Origin: Octopus vulgaris
Taxonomy: Eukaryota
Reading direction: 5' to 3'
Assembly (NCBI GenBank): GCA_951406725.2
Contig: OX597815.1
Span: forward strand, 130,882,001 to 130,946,000
Length of the DNA stretch: 64,000 bases
Of the stretch, positions 12,037 through 25,957 are shown one piece after another; the stretch's first letter is position 1, and each line of letters starts with the position of its first letter. The notes below the pieces were generated by a model. It was not told the DNA's origin and did no database searches. It saw nothing but the letters and a program-made list of their open reading frames with translations. A program made the translations under genes and the position numbers.

Positions 12037-12489
12037 TACTCTCCCTTGTAATAATTAGCCATTATATGATTAGTCAGTCAATGCTAAGTTACAAAGACAT
12101 AAACAAACCAGCACCAATTGTCAAGTGGTGGTGGGAGACAAACATAGATGTGTACATATACATACATCGCCATCATCATCATTTAATGACGAGGATCCAA
12201 TGAGTCAAAGACTGTATTGTACTCCATTGTCTACTTTGGCATGGTTTCTATGGTTGGACACCCTTCCTGATGTATTATCTGTAACCTCTTTTATTCCTTG
12301 TGGGTTTGCTCTGGCACCCCAGCACTACCATCTTAGCTTTTTTCTAGTTACTTCCACTCTCCCTTGTAATTGTCCTTTCTGAGATGAGAAGTTATCATCA
12401 TTAAACACTGTTAGAATCAGACTAGTGTCCTGAATTTGGTTGTGATAGCCACAGTGTTTTGGCTGTTGTTCCCTTTGGCCTTCTTATAA

Positions 12490-12872
12490 GCATCATCATC
12501 ATCATCATTTAACATCCGTTGTCCATGCTGGCATGGGCTGGACGGTTTGACTGGGCTGGCACGCTAAAAGGTTGTGCCAGGCTCCAGTCTGATTTGGCAC
12601 GGTTTTCTATGGCTGGATGCCCTTCCTAATGCCAACCACTCCGAGAGTGTAATGGGTGCTTTTATGTTCCACCAGTATGGGTGCCATTTGTGTAACACTG
12701 GTATCTGCCATGACTGCGATTTTGCTCCACTTGATGGGTCTTCTTCTCAAGCACGACCTAATGCCACTTTGCCTCCATGAGGCCCAACACTCGGAAGGAA
12801 CTTTGCCACTTTGCCTCAGTGAGGTCCAACACTTGAAAGGAACTCAGCTTCTTCGCCTCAATGAGGCCCAAT
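12490..12872 (-). mobile_element. RTE 3' fragment ending in a ~41-bp tandem triplication
   Basis: (CAT)n plus terminus. Region 12763-12872 repeats ttgcctc..tgaggcccaacact.gaagg, which matches RTE coding sequence at 471-500. Confidence 0.75.
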
Positions 12873-12949
12873 GTAAAAATGACTGATATAATCAGCACAA
12901 ATGATAGTCTTTATGTCTAGCACTAAGTTTTAACATTCTAGCTTACTTC

Positions 12950-13445
12950 CGTTATTTACTGCAGTGCTTGGAGGAAGGTGTGTAGCATATGATTGTCACA
13001 TTGACCATGACAGAGAAAGTTGTTATGACGATACCTGCTCGAAAACCTACTTAAAAGTTGCAGGAAGTGTATGGAAAAGAGTGAATGAGCCATACACTGG
13101 TGTTTGAGTGGTTCAGATGTTTCCAGGATAGTTGAAAAAATGTCGATATTGAGGAACGTTCTGGGAGACCCACAACCATCAGAGCTGAGAAAGACATTGC
13201 AGATGTGCATGCAGCTGTGAGGGGAAATTGTTGAATCACCATCCCTGAGTTATCAAAGGATGTGCAGATTTGTTATGATTCAGTTTAGTCCATTATCACT
13301 GAAGATTTGGGTATGAGATGCATGTCTGCCAAGTTTATGTCAAAACTACTTTCAGCTGACTAAAAAGACACTCAATTCTCAGTTGCACAAGATCTCCTTG
13401 ACTGTGTTGAGCACGATGAAAACATTTTGAAAATTATTGTTTTTT
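12950..13445 (+). pseudogene. mariner transposase N-terminal fragment
   Basis: Translates with stops to LQEVYG..VFEWFRCF..ERSGRPT..ITIPELS..IITEDLGMRCMSAKFMSKLL (HTH plus degenerate WVPHEL-type motif). Confidence 0.8.
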
Positions 13446-15550
13446 GAAAATTTCACTGAGTGTATGCTACAAATATATTTATTGACATAGAGCAGCAGAA
13501 TTACCACACGTATCATGTAAATGAGAACATATCTTTGTTACTATTCACTGATATATTTAGAGTTGATTGCTTGCATTCTGTTGTCCATACCCTAAATATT
13601 CTTTTCTACTCAAGGCATAAGACCCGAAATTTTGAAGGAGGGGGCCAGTCAATTTGATCAACCCCTGTATGCAAATGGTACTTAATTTATTGATCCCGAA
13701 AGGATGATAAATTAAGTACCATTAGGTCTTCCATGTGGATTCTGCTTATCAGATTTCACACACAATTCTTTGATCATCTCAGAGCTAGGGTAAAAAAAAA
13801 CATTTGCCAAAGATGTTGCTACTCTGTAATGGGATCAAACCTAAAACATATATATGTACATACGGATGTAGCAGATAACAGCCAACTTTTGGCTGCTATT
13901 TGGACCTTGTTGTGTCCACTATTCTGATTGGTTGGTATTGCCACAATTTGCCTCTTACTCTGTTGCACCAAAATACAGCATATAACCAATATATACAATA
14001 AAGGGGAAACAAATTTCTCTGAGTGTATGCTACATATTAAATGTTCAACCAAATGTTTAGTGTCACTGAATGTAAATAGATTTCTCAAATTTTAAATATC
14101 AACTGGGGTTTATGATATTGAGTGTAGATTACTGTTTCTTTGGCCTTGTTTCCATCCACCAAGAGTGGGATGTTCTCTTTATGTTCAAGGTAGCTGTATT
14201 TTTTCTCTGAGAGAAGAGCCTGTCAGATATTAGAAGCCCTTCCTTGGCCTATATACTGGCTGAATCCTCTTCTTGATGTACAGGATGAACTCTGGTTTGT
14301 ATGAATGGTATTTCCACCATCATTTGAAAAGTGAAGGCTGATGTATAAATATTTAAAATCTTTAGGAGCTTCTTCAAAGATATTATTAGCTTGAATATCT
14401 GTTTCAATAGATCAATCTCACTCTAGGCAGACAGCTATAAATAATAGCAGGATATAGTTTAAGATTAGCAAGGAAACAAATGTAGGTCAATTATAATACA
14501 GACGTTCTGAAAGAGATAAAAGAAATTTATGCTGAATATAAACAAGAAATGACAAAGCTGATCAAACTGATTAAAGAATAAACTTAATTTAATTATTATT
14601 GTTTTAATTTACATAAGTATAGGTGAAGAAAATGTGGCTCTGTGGTTAAGAAGATTGGTTTATGATGCTGTTGTTTTAGGTTTGATCCCATTACAGAGTA
14701 GCAACACTTTTGACAAATGTTTTTTTACCCTAGCTCTGAGGTGATTAAAGACTTGTGAGTGAAATCTGGTTAGCAGAAATCACATAGAAGACCATCAGTG
14801 GGATGGACCTTTCCTTTCTTGTGTGGTACATTTAATTGTCTGGTTCAACACTGCCACTTGGTTCTTGTAGGCTTTTGCTTACAAGCATTCAGACCCAGTC
14901 GCTGATCTGAGGCTTCTGTCATTTCTCTCACAGTTTCAAGGTTGGCCTTGAAAAGGTCCATGGTGTTACCTTTCCTGCACACATACACACACACACACAT
15001 CATCATCATCATTTAACGTCGGTTTTCTGTGCTGGTATGGGTTAGACAGTTTGGTTAGGGCTGGCAAGCTACAAAGCTGCACCAACTTAAAGCCGTCTAT
15101 TTTGATTTAGTTTCTATGGCTGGGCAACCTTCCTAATGCCAACCACTTTACAGACTGTACTGGGTGCCTTTTATGTGGCACCAGCACAGATGCGGTTTAT
15201 ATGACACTGGCAGAAATGCTTTTGTGTGACACCAGCACAGATGCTTTTTACATGGTACCAGCACGTGTTTTTTATATGGTGTCAGGTTCACTGAGTAACT
15301 CGCAAAGCAAAAACCCCCAGCTATGCTGTTGCTTTTCTGTAGTGGTTGCCAGGTAATATAATTATCATAGTAAGACCTTCCAGAAGGTAAATGCCTCACT
15401 AGTGTTTAATGGCCTACTTGCAGTACCATAGAAATTCCACGGTTATTTTGAAAATTATAAGCTGAAATGAAGTTTATACAAAACCATGTATGTATCCATA
15501 TGTATCTGCACACACACATATATGTACATAGATACTCACACAAGCACACA

Positions 15551-15599
<49 letters not shown>

Positions 15600-16529
15600 A
15601 ACTGATGAGTGATTTGCTAATTTGTAACATCCACGACAGCTGTTCAACCACTCAACTGTGGAAACTGGTTTACACTTCACTACATTTTCCATCCTACACT
15701 GAATACTCAAATCCAGTTGATTGAAGAAAAGGTCCTCAGCAATATCTTAAATCAAAGACTCATCCCATTAATATTCCATACATTCCTTACCGTTTATGAA
15801 TCTTCAGCATTTAATGAGATAGTTATTTTTCTTTTTATTCTTTTTAGTAAGAATTTTAACATTTTAATCTAGATTCTTAATGGGGTAAATTATTTTGCGA
15901 TATCTTTCCAGCAACTGTTTTTAATGTTCTGGTGTATCTCAGGCAACATGGTTATGGTATAACATAGTTAGCCAACAAGGTAGCACTGTTAGTAGGAGAA
16001 GTTAGGGAGGTAAAAAGGGGAGGATGAAATTCTGTAATTGAATAAAATAAGGGAAGTTGGAAAAAAAGAAAAATTCTTAAAACCTTTCCACCTTTTCTTG
16101 ACTTGTTCTTAATTGCTTTTAGCTTCTTTTAACTTTCCTTACATTTATTCGCTTACAGTATTTCATCCTCTGCCTTTGCCTTTCTAAAATCTCTTACTAA
16201 TGTCGTTATCTTGTCGTCTTACTATAGGTGCAGGTGTGGCTGTGTGGTAAGAAGCTTGCTTCCCAGCCAAATGGTTTAGGGTTCAGTCCCACTGTGCGGT
16301 ACCTTGGGCAAATATCTTCTACTATAGCTTCAGAATGACCAAAGATGGAAGCTGAAAGAAGCCCATCATATATATATATATATACATACATATATATATA
16401 TATAATATTAGGGAATAAATCCCAACTTACAGGGAAAAATTAGATTTAGGATTAAATCCAATTTTATAGTATAAATATATTATATTATATTATATTATAT
16501 TATATTATAGTGGTTTTATCTCTAATTTG

Positions 16530-16565
<36 letters not shown>

Positions 16566-16637
16566 TAGATAGATATATAATATTTATATATAGATAGATA
16601 GATATATAATAAATACATATATATATGATGATGATAT

Positions 16638-16684
<47 letters not shown>

Positions 16685-16692
<8 letters not shown>

Positions 16693-16890
16693 ATGGAATG
16701 TGTGTCTGTGTGAATCCCTAAAACTTGAGAACTACACAACCAATTTCATTCAAATTTTACATATCCCTTACTTAGGGTCCCTGTAGTGTCATAGGCCAAA
16801 AAATTTTTTTACTTATTGCCTAGTGTGAGCCCACAGCAATATTATATCTTCACCACTATTACAGTATTATGTGTCAAAAGTGAAACAAAA
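16685..16890 (+). mobile_element. Possible Helitron-like non-autonomous 5' fragment inside a SINE
   Basis: tatataaagatggaatgtgtgtctgtgtg...ccaatttcattcaaattt resembles the start of 33060-33296. It interrupts the SINE at 16225-17115. Confidence 0.4.
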
Positions 16891-17157
16891 CCTTGTCAGT
16901 GGATTTTGTAGACAGAAACTGAAAGAAAGCAATCGTATATATATGTATGTATATATGTAAGTCTATGTGTATCTCTTTGTTTCTGCATTTCTTCCTCATC
17001 ATTGCTTCACAACTGCTGTTTGTTTATTTAGTTCCCTATCACTTACTGGTTTCACAAGAAGAAACTGATAGAATAAGGCTTATTAAAATAAAAAAAAAGC
17101 ACTAGGCAGTTACTCTTTTTGTTTGCCCTCTCAGTTGTATCTATCAATTTATCATTT

Positions 17158-17787
<630 letters not shown>

Positions 17788-19863
17788 AAGAGGTTTCCTC
17801 ACTGTTTATTTCTCTCACAAATTCACTCACAAGGCATTGGTCAGCTTGTGGCTATAATTGAAGATACTTGCCCAAGGTGCCTTGAACTGGAACAGAACCT
17901 AAATCCATACAGTTGCCATGTGAGTTTCTTAACCATACAGCAATGCTTGTCCTGTAATGTTTCAGTCATTGTACTATCTGGCTTTCTTCAGGTGCCTGTT
18001 ATATTCAGCAATGTTCTTCAGATTTCAGACCCTTCATTAAATCTGCAAGAGTAGATTCTCATTCTGTTGCTCATAACAAATTAATATCCTATAGAATTAC
18101 AGATGATAGAACCGTCCCTCACATTACTATTGTTAATACATTTCTTTTGACCCCGGAGAAAGAAAAATAAAACCATTATCTTCATACGGAAGTGCATAAA
18201 TATTGATTTTTTTTTGGTTTTACTTGGTGCAAAGTCTCATTTTTATTGAAAGGTGGAAACAAGTATTGTCATGTTTATATTATTGATGCCTTTCAATAAT
18301 AATTTAGTATATTCCAAAATTATCAGTAAAATAAAATTTTAAATAAACCTTAAATAAATGGCATTCTATGTAGAAAAGTTCATATAATTTGTGTATTTTG
18401 TACGTATAGATTGATTTATAGCACTAACTGGCTGTTATATTTCAAACATAATGCTGTCTTCTACATCTGAAATGTTATTTAAATTTATACAGATAGTTAT
18501 ATCATATATTTAAAAAAAAAACAACAATAAAAACAGCAAAAAATCTATTTTGTGTTCAGATCTACTATTTGTAGTGTACAAATTTGAACCCCAAACTCAG
18601 TGTATTGATTTTTATTTCTGAAAGTAAAATATTTTATAGTAGGTATATTGATTCAAGAATTGTTGCCAAATTTATACTGCCTTTAATAACATCAGTTATT
18701 GATTTTTACAAGCATGAGGTGTCTCTCAGCCCACCATTTTATTTTTGATGTCTGATCTGTCCATTAATATATTGATTTTCTATAGGGATAATTTCCAATT
18801 GGGTACTAAATTCAGACACGCTGATGTCTCTTCTGGAGATAATACAACATAACACATTGTTGCAAGGAATAAAGATCTCTCTAAATAACACTATGGATAA
18901 GCCAGTTAATCTTCCTCTTTGAGAAAACTCAGATATCATGCTTTGTACATGATTGATTTCATTTCTCACAAGGTTATATAATGTTTGGCCTTCAATGTTC
19001 GTGATATTACCATGCTGAGATATATACATGATTTCCTATTGGTATTCTCTGGTGAAATAAATTGAATTTGTGTGTCATTTAAACAGCATATTTTAGGTTT
19101 CAGAGGCATAGGTAGCAGCTAGTGTTATTATTGATTGATAGTCTTTATATGGCTAGTGTTCACAGTATTGTTAATGATTTAGTGAGTGATGGTGGTGGTG
19201 GCGGTGGGAGTAGTGGGAAAACGGACGTTTAAGGATGATAATGATGATGAGGATGAGGATGACCTTGTCTTGTAAAGCAGTTATTATCAGATTTACTTCT
19301 CTATATCAGTTGAGTTAGCCTCTGTGCGGACAGACGTCTGACCTGCTAGAAATGCCAGCTGAATCTCTCTCTCTAAAATCAGTTGTCACCCTCACCATTG
19401 TCTTAAACAAGGAAGGAGACATTGCATGATGTAGTCCTAGATATTTCCAACAAGACTGGATGGTCATGGTGGCTGGTATGCTTTTGATCATAAGTCTACT
19501 CAATCAAGTTTGACTTGCAATTAAATTACCACCACCACCACCACCACCATCATCATCATCACTACAACCAAGTCCAGTAAAACTACCCACTCCATGGAAG
19601 AGATTGTTATGTCATCTGAGATTCACTGCATATATTGTAAATCTGTCTGACACAGAACTTATCCATAAATATCCTAGGATTAAGTCCCGGAGGATGAGAA
19701 ATAGAAGAATCATTCACATGGGTGAATATTAAAATAACAACAAAACTATAAAAGAATACTTGAAATACATTGAAACCTTTAGTAATATAGCATCATTATA
19801 CTGCAAAAATGACATGGCTGTTGACTGCAACATATTTATGGATGTTTCCTATTTTAGCTTAAT

Positions 19864-20170
19864 AATCCTTTTTTTATTTCGTTTTTGGATTTGGTTTGCA
19901 AGATTCTTTATGTGACTTCATGTGTTGAAGCATATTCTGTTGTGTCTGGGGAGAGTCATTTTCTTTTTGAGCCTTATAATTTAACACACTCACCGGTAAA
20001 ATTTCCACTTATTTCTTATTTCAAGACTATTGAAAAGGTTGCAAGACGCAATGAAAATTTTAGGAAAATAAAAATAAGAAATAAGTGGAAATTTTACCGG
20101 TGAGTGTGTTAAATTATAAGGCACAAAAAGAAAATGACTCTCCCCAGACACAACAGAATCCTTTTTTTTT
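19864..20170. mobile_element. Fold-back insertion with 88-bp near-perfect arms and apparent TSD
   Basis: Arms 19934-20021 and 20072-20159 (one mismatch). aatcctttttt flanks both ends. Confidence 0.8.
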
Positions 20171-20526
20171 TTATCACAATTAATAACTGGCTCTTACAAT
20201 AACAATGAAACTATTTTGGTTATTGACATATGAAAAGTTGAAGAGTATAATACTTAACTTCAGAGTTAACCCAGTATATAGTTTTGCATTTTGTATCATT
20301 GACTCTTAGATGATAAATCTAGATTCTAGATCTTTCAAAAGTTCCTCTTAATCTCAATGGTTATATTTAGTTATTGATTTAATGTCACATCAAAAACACA
20401 TGGCCACAATAAATTGTTGCTTGATTTTTCATTTGATTTTAAATTACTGAGAGCAATATGCACACACACACACACACACACACATATGCACACATACAGA
20501 CATACATACATACTTATGTACATGCA

Positions 20527-20952
20527 TGATGATGATGATGATGATGATGACTATCCACTTGTGACCGAGGAAGACCATTGCTGACCTCCAGGAACATTGT
20601 GTGCTCAAGGACTAACTTATAATTTGCATTTGTGGCTCCGTTGGTGGCTAAAGAGCCCTGCTCTTGACAAGCATACACGACTGCAAACATTGCAAACCAA
20701 GCTTTCCCCATTCACTACACCAGCAGTGAGCTTTCAAGCAGCTTGCTTAAGTTCTTCATGCAGAATACGTTCTCTTTCAAAAGTGTCAACCCCCACTTCT
20801 TAACCTGCTTCATGCATCGGTGGCGATGACAGGCATTACTCTCCCAGTCAGTCTCCTGCATATCACAGGCCTTTAACGAGGACTTGACACAGTCCTTAAA
20901 TTGCAGCCTTGGTTTCTGCCGGGGTCTCTTTCCATTCACAAATTCCCCATTT
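20527..20952 (-). mobile_element. 3' end of a different RTE/BovB-like LINE
   Basis: GKRPRQKPRLQFKDCVKSSLKACDM..DWESNACHR is a typical RTE C-terminus. Short UTR with a trinucleotide tail. Confidence 0.75.
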
Positions 20953-21329
20953 AGTATACTTATTTACATTCATCTATCCATCCATCCATCCATCTATCCA
21001 TCCATACATACATACTTACATACATACACACATATTTATGTACATGCATATGTACTTATATACATCCATACATATACCTTTATGAATATATTTGTATATA
21101 TGTATACATAAGTTCATGAATATGCAAATTACAAATTGAAATAAAGGATAAGCAATGTATTTAATGAATGGTGGCCTAGCTCCTTAATTATTTCTTTCAA
21201 TTACTCATTATATAGCTTAATTAGGTACCATAATAAAATACAGTTTTAAGTAGTAAAGTAAATGAGAGCTCCTACAGAAAGTGATGTTGATGTGTGTGTA
21301 TGTGTGTGTGTGTGTATGTGTGTGTATAC

Positions 21330-21364
<35 letters not shown>

Positions 21365-21857
21365 GGGAGAGAGAGAGAGGGAGAGAGAGAAAGAGATAAA
21401 GGCTGAATAAAAGCAGAAATGCATAAATTTCACATATAGTCCATTCTTTAATAGTGTTCAACAGCTGTTTCATTGGGATAAACATCACTAACTATAATTA
21501 CATAATTGTGATACAAAGTCAATTAATTTAAAAGCTGTCTTTACTCACTTCATCAGGAATATTGTGCTGTTCTCTTTCACCACTCATTATGCAGCTGTGC
21601 CATAAAGAGGTGCAGTTTAAAATAGTAGCATAAATGGGACCTCTTGCTGAAAGTGAAATATATATATATATATATGTATGTATATATATATGTATATATA
21701 TGTATGCATGTTTGTATGTATGTACATATGTATGCATGTATATATGTATACATACATATGTATGTAAATATATATATTTATATGTATGTATATATATACA
21801 TATGTATGTAAATATATATATATGTATGCATATACATACATGCATATATACATATAT

Positions 21858-24453
21858 CATCATCCTCATCATCATCATTTAACGTCCACTTTCCATGCTT
21901 GCATGGGTTGGATGATTTGACTGAGGACTGGCAAACCAGATGGCTGCACCAGGGTCCAATCTGATCTGGCAGAGTTTCAATAGCTGGATGCCCTTCCTAA
22001 CGCCAACCATTCCGAGAGTGTAGTGGGTGCTTTTACGTGCCACCAGCATGAGGGCCAGTCAGGCGGTACTGGCAATGGCCATGCTCAAATGTGTTTTTTA
22101 CATGCCACCTGCATAGGAGCTAGTCCAGTGGCACTGGCAATAACCTCGCTCAAATGTTGTTTCATGTGCCACCAGCACAAGTGCCAGTAAGGCAATGCTG
22201 GTAACGATCACGCTTGAATGGTCCTTTTTACATGCCACCGGCACAGAAACCAGTTTGCTGCTCTAGCAATGATCACACTCAGACAGTGCTCTTAGCACTT
22301 CACTAGCATAGATGCCAGTCATCGAATTTGATTTCGATTTCAATTTCACTTGCCTCAACACATCTTCACAAGCAGAGTTTAGTGTCCAATGAAGGAAAGG
22401 TACGCATACGTGGGCTGGTTACACCCCTGGCATAGGCCACGAGGTTATGGTTTCACTTGGCTTGCCAGGTCTTCTCAAGCACAGCATATTTCCAAAGGTC
22501 TTCGTCACTAGTCATTGCCTTGGTGAGGCCTAATGTTTGAAGGTCGTGCTTTACCACCTCATCCCAAGTCTTCCTAGGTCTACTTCTTCCACCAGTTCAC
22601 TCAATCGCTAGGGTGTGGCACTTTTTCACACAGCTATCCTCATCCATTCTCACCACATGACCACACCAGTGCAGTCATCTCTCTTGTACAGCACATCTGA
22701 TGCTTCTTAGGTCCAATTTTTTTCTCAAGTTACTTTGTTGAGTATGCACACTGACATTACACATCCATCAGAGCATACTGGCTTCATTCCTTATGAGCTT
22801 ACACATGTCCTTAGCAGTCACGGCCCATGTTTCACTGCCATGTAGCATGGCTGTTCATACACATGCGTCATACAGTCTACCTTTTACTCTGAGTGAGAGG
22901 CCCTTTGTCACCAGCAGAGGTAAGAGCTTTCTGAACTTTGCCAGGCTATTCTTATTCTAGCAGCTACACTTTCAGCACACCCTCCCCCACTACTGACTTT
23001 GTCACCTAGGTAATGGAAGCTATCAACTACTTCTAGTTTTTCTCCCTGGAATGTGGTGGAAGTTGTTCTCTGCACATTTTCAGTGTTTATTGCGCCTGGG
23101 CATCTGCCACTTATAAAAACTATCTTGCCAGTTAGCCTTCCTTTGATATTGCTGCACCTCTTATATGTCCATAGCTTACACTGTATACATCTTATAGAGT
23201 TTCTACCTTCGCCTTTCCTACAGATCAAGCAGGCCCATCTACCTGAAGGGATTTGTGGTTTGTCTGCCTTCCTACTTATTAGGACTTTGGTTTTAGCTAG
23301 GTTGACTCTAAGGCCCTCCGATTCTAATCCTTGCTTCCACACCTGAAACTTCTCTAGTTCTGATAGTGACTCAGCAATTATAGCAAGGTCGTCAGCATAG
23401 AGGAGCTGTCAGGAGTATCCTGTCTTGAATTCCTCTGTTATTGCCTGGAGAACTATGATAAATAGGAGGGGGCCGAGGACTGAACCTTGGTGGACCCCTA
23501 CCTCTACCCAGAATTCTTCACTGTACTCATTGCCAACCCTTACCTTACTGACAGTGTCCCTGTGCATGGCTTGCACAGCTCTCACTAACCATTCATCTAT
23601 CTCTAGTTTCCTCATTGACCACCAGATAAGGGATCGGGGGACCCTGTCAAAGACTTTCTCCATGTCAACGAAAGCCAGGTACAGAGGTTTATCTTTGGTT
23701 AGGTATTTCTCCTGCAGCTGTCTTACCAGAAACATAGCATCAGTAGTGCTTTTCCTTGGCACGAACCCAAACTGCATCTCATCTAAACTGACTCTATCCC
23801 TAATTTGTTGGGCTATGACCCTCTCTGTGACTTCATTACCAGATCCAACAACTTGATACCTCTGTAATTATTTGTATCTAAAGTGTCACCTTTACCTTTG
23901 TAGCTGTTGACTATTATGCTGCTACACCAGTCATTGGGTATGACTGATTCGTGTATCACCTGGTTAACTATATGGGTGAGTAGGCTATAACCAACACTGC
24001 TAGATATTTTGAGCAGCTCTTCAGTGATTCCTGATGGGCTGGGGGCTTTCCCCGTCTTCATACTCTTAATTGCTTTATCTACCAAAGTACTGTCAACTTG
24101 GATAGCTTGTCCCTCTGTTGGGTCGAGATTCAGCAGACTCGCTTTCTCCCATTCATTTTATTTATTGAGCAACCTTTCATAGTGGCGTCTCCAAACTTCT
24201 CTCTTTGCAGCCTCGTTTAGTGCAAGCAAACCATCATCCACGTGGACACATTTCTCTCCTACAACATCACAATTCTCTCACATACTGTTTTGCAACACGA
24301 AATACTTCAAGTCTTTGGTTGTGGTGGTGCAGAACATTGGCAAATTTTTTCTTACCTGCTTCCCCTCTGGCTTAATAAACCTGTCTCCTAGCTTCCCTTC
24401 TGGCAGTCTGATACAATTCCCTGCTACCACCATTCTTCCAGTCCTTCCAAGCC
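21858..24453 (-). mobile_element. 5'-truncated RTE LINE with a nearly complete RT domain (pseudogenised) and 3' UTR
   Basis: ORF pieces: KTGKAPSPSGI..NNYRGIKLL, QFGFVP..FVDMEKVFDRV..GVHQGSVLGPLLF, LYADD, PHD-like insert, LEVVDSFHYLG. Array plus (CAT)n tail. Confidence 0.95.
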
Positions 24454-24494
24454 TATATATATATATATATATATATATTCTCACTAGACATATA

Positions 24495-24612
24495 CAGGGA
24501 GTTAGGGAGCCGGGTTGGGAGGTTGGGTTAGGGAAGAAACTGTGGACCAAGAGGTCTCGTAGATTGTGGGCTCATTTGAAGGGAGTGAAGTGTTGGTTAG
24601 GGAAGATGTGTA
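24495..24612 (-). mobile_element. Small Penelope coding fragment
   Basis: Reverse complement matches about 29180-29295 of the Penelope element. Confidence 0.8.
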
Positions 24613-24952
24613 AGCTATAGTTCATACTATGTGCTCAACAGCACCTTCATTAACATAAACATCACTATCTGTATAATTACATGATTGTGATACATAATTT
24701 CAATGAAATAAGAGCAGAATTAGCTAAGTTGAAATATGCCTGTTACACACTTCAACTGCTAAATGGCAAATACACTGCAGTTACCTTGGAGAAAAAATCT
24801 ATCTTATGGTAAAAAGGTGTGAAAACACCCTGTTTGTTCAGCATTGCCATCTATTAAGAATCCCAGACATTGGTGTTTTACTGACTCCTATCAATGAGAT
24901 GTGTCTAAGGGAGAAAACTCTAAACAAACTTAATAAATCTGTAGCTTATATA

Positions 24953-25957
24953 CAGGGTGCGTAAAGTATTTGAGGATATACCTGTTTCAGGTCATTGCTG
25001 CATTTTTTGCTCACTCTGTATAATCTTTGTTTCAGAAAATAATAATGGCAGATCCTCAGCTTACTCAAGAAATGAAGAGGCATGCTGCTATTGTGGTTAT
25101 AAAGGTTGAGCATAGCAATTTAGAAATATCTCGCATTTTAAAAGTTGTCAGATCTTTTGTCTACAAAGTTTGTAAGGAGCTAGAGACTGAAGATGGAAAC
25201 CTATCACCAGTATCAAAGCATAAAAAGCATTCTAAATGTTCTGAAATTATCAGAACACTTGAATTTATCCAACAAGTTCAACAGACCAGTGATTACATTC
25301 CCTGAAAGTCCATGAGGTCAATTGCAAAAGATCTCCATGTGTCAGAAGGAACAGTCAGAAATATTGTCCACAAAGACATCAGATCTTATGAGGAAAGGTC
25401 AATTTGTCAGAAAAAGCAAAAGAAACTCACTACATTAGATCTAAAAGGCTCTTAAACAAAGTGAAAAATCCAGCAGAAGATTTGATTTGGTTTTTCTCAA
25501 ATGCGAAAAACTTTGACCAAGATCAAAACGTTAACAGAAGAAATGACAAATGGTTATGTGCTGACCCTTCTGATGTTCCAAGTGTTATGCATTCAAAATT
25601 TCCTGCAACTCATAGTTTCAGCAATGGAGGACATGTGATATCTCTTTACTTCTTTCCACAAGGCCTGAGTGTTAACTCTGCTGCCTACATTGAGGTCCTG
25701 GAAATAATTGTTAAGCTATGGATAGACAGTGTATGGAATGGAAGGCCATATGTGTTTCAGTAAGACTCTGCACATGGCTCTTGTAACACAAGAATGGATG
25801 GTTGAAAAATTTCATGATCACATAATCCCTAACATTTGGCCTCCTAATTCCTCAGATCTCAATCCTTTGGACTATTACATGTGGAGTGTTGTTGAGGGAG
25901 AGGTCAATGAGCATGCCCATAACACCAACGATTCATTGAAAGCTGCTATAGTCAGAG
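24953..25957 (+). mobile_element. Decayed maT (DD37D)-type Tc1/mariner transposon, 3' end missing
   Basis: TA|CAGGGTG start. Fragments KRHAAIVVIK..SNLEISRILKV, FFSNAKNF..NRRNDKW, YVFQ*DS and WPPNSSDLNPLDYYMW. Confidence 0.85.

Noticed and set aside
18739-19029. 96-aa minus-strand ORF in non-repetitive sequence
   Set aside because: No recognisable motif, an in-frame stop just upstream and no convincing splice context; cannot be supported without a search.
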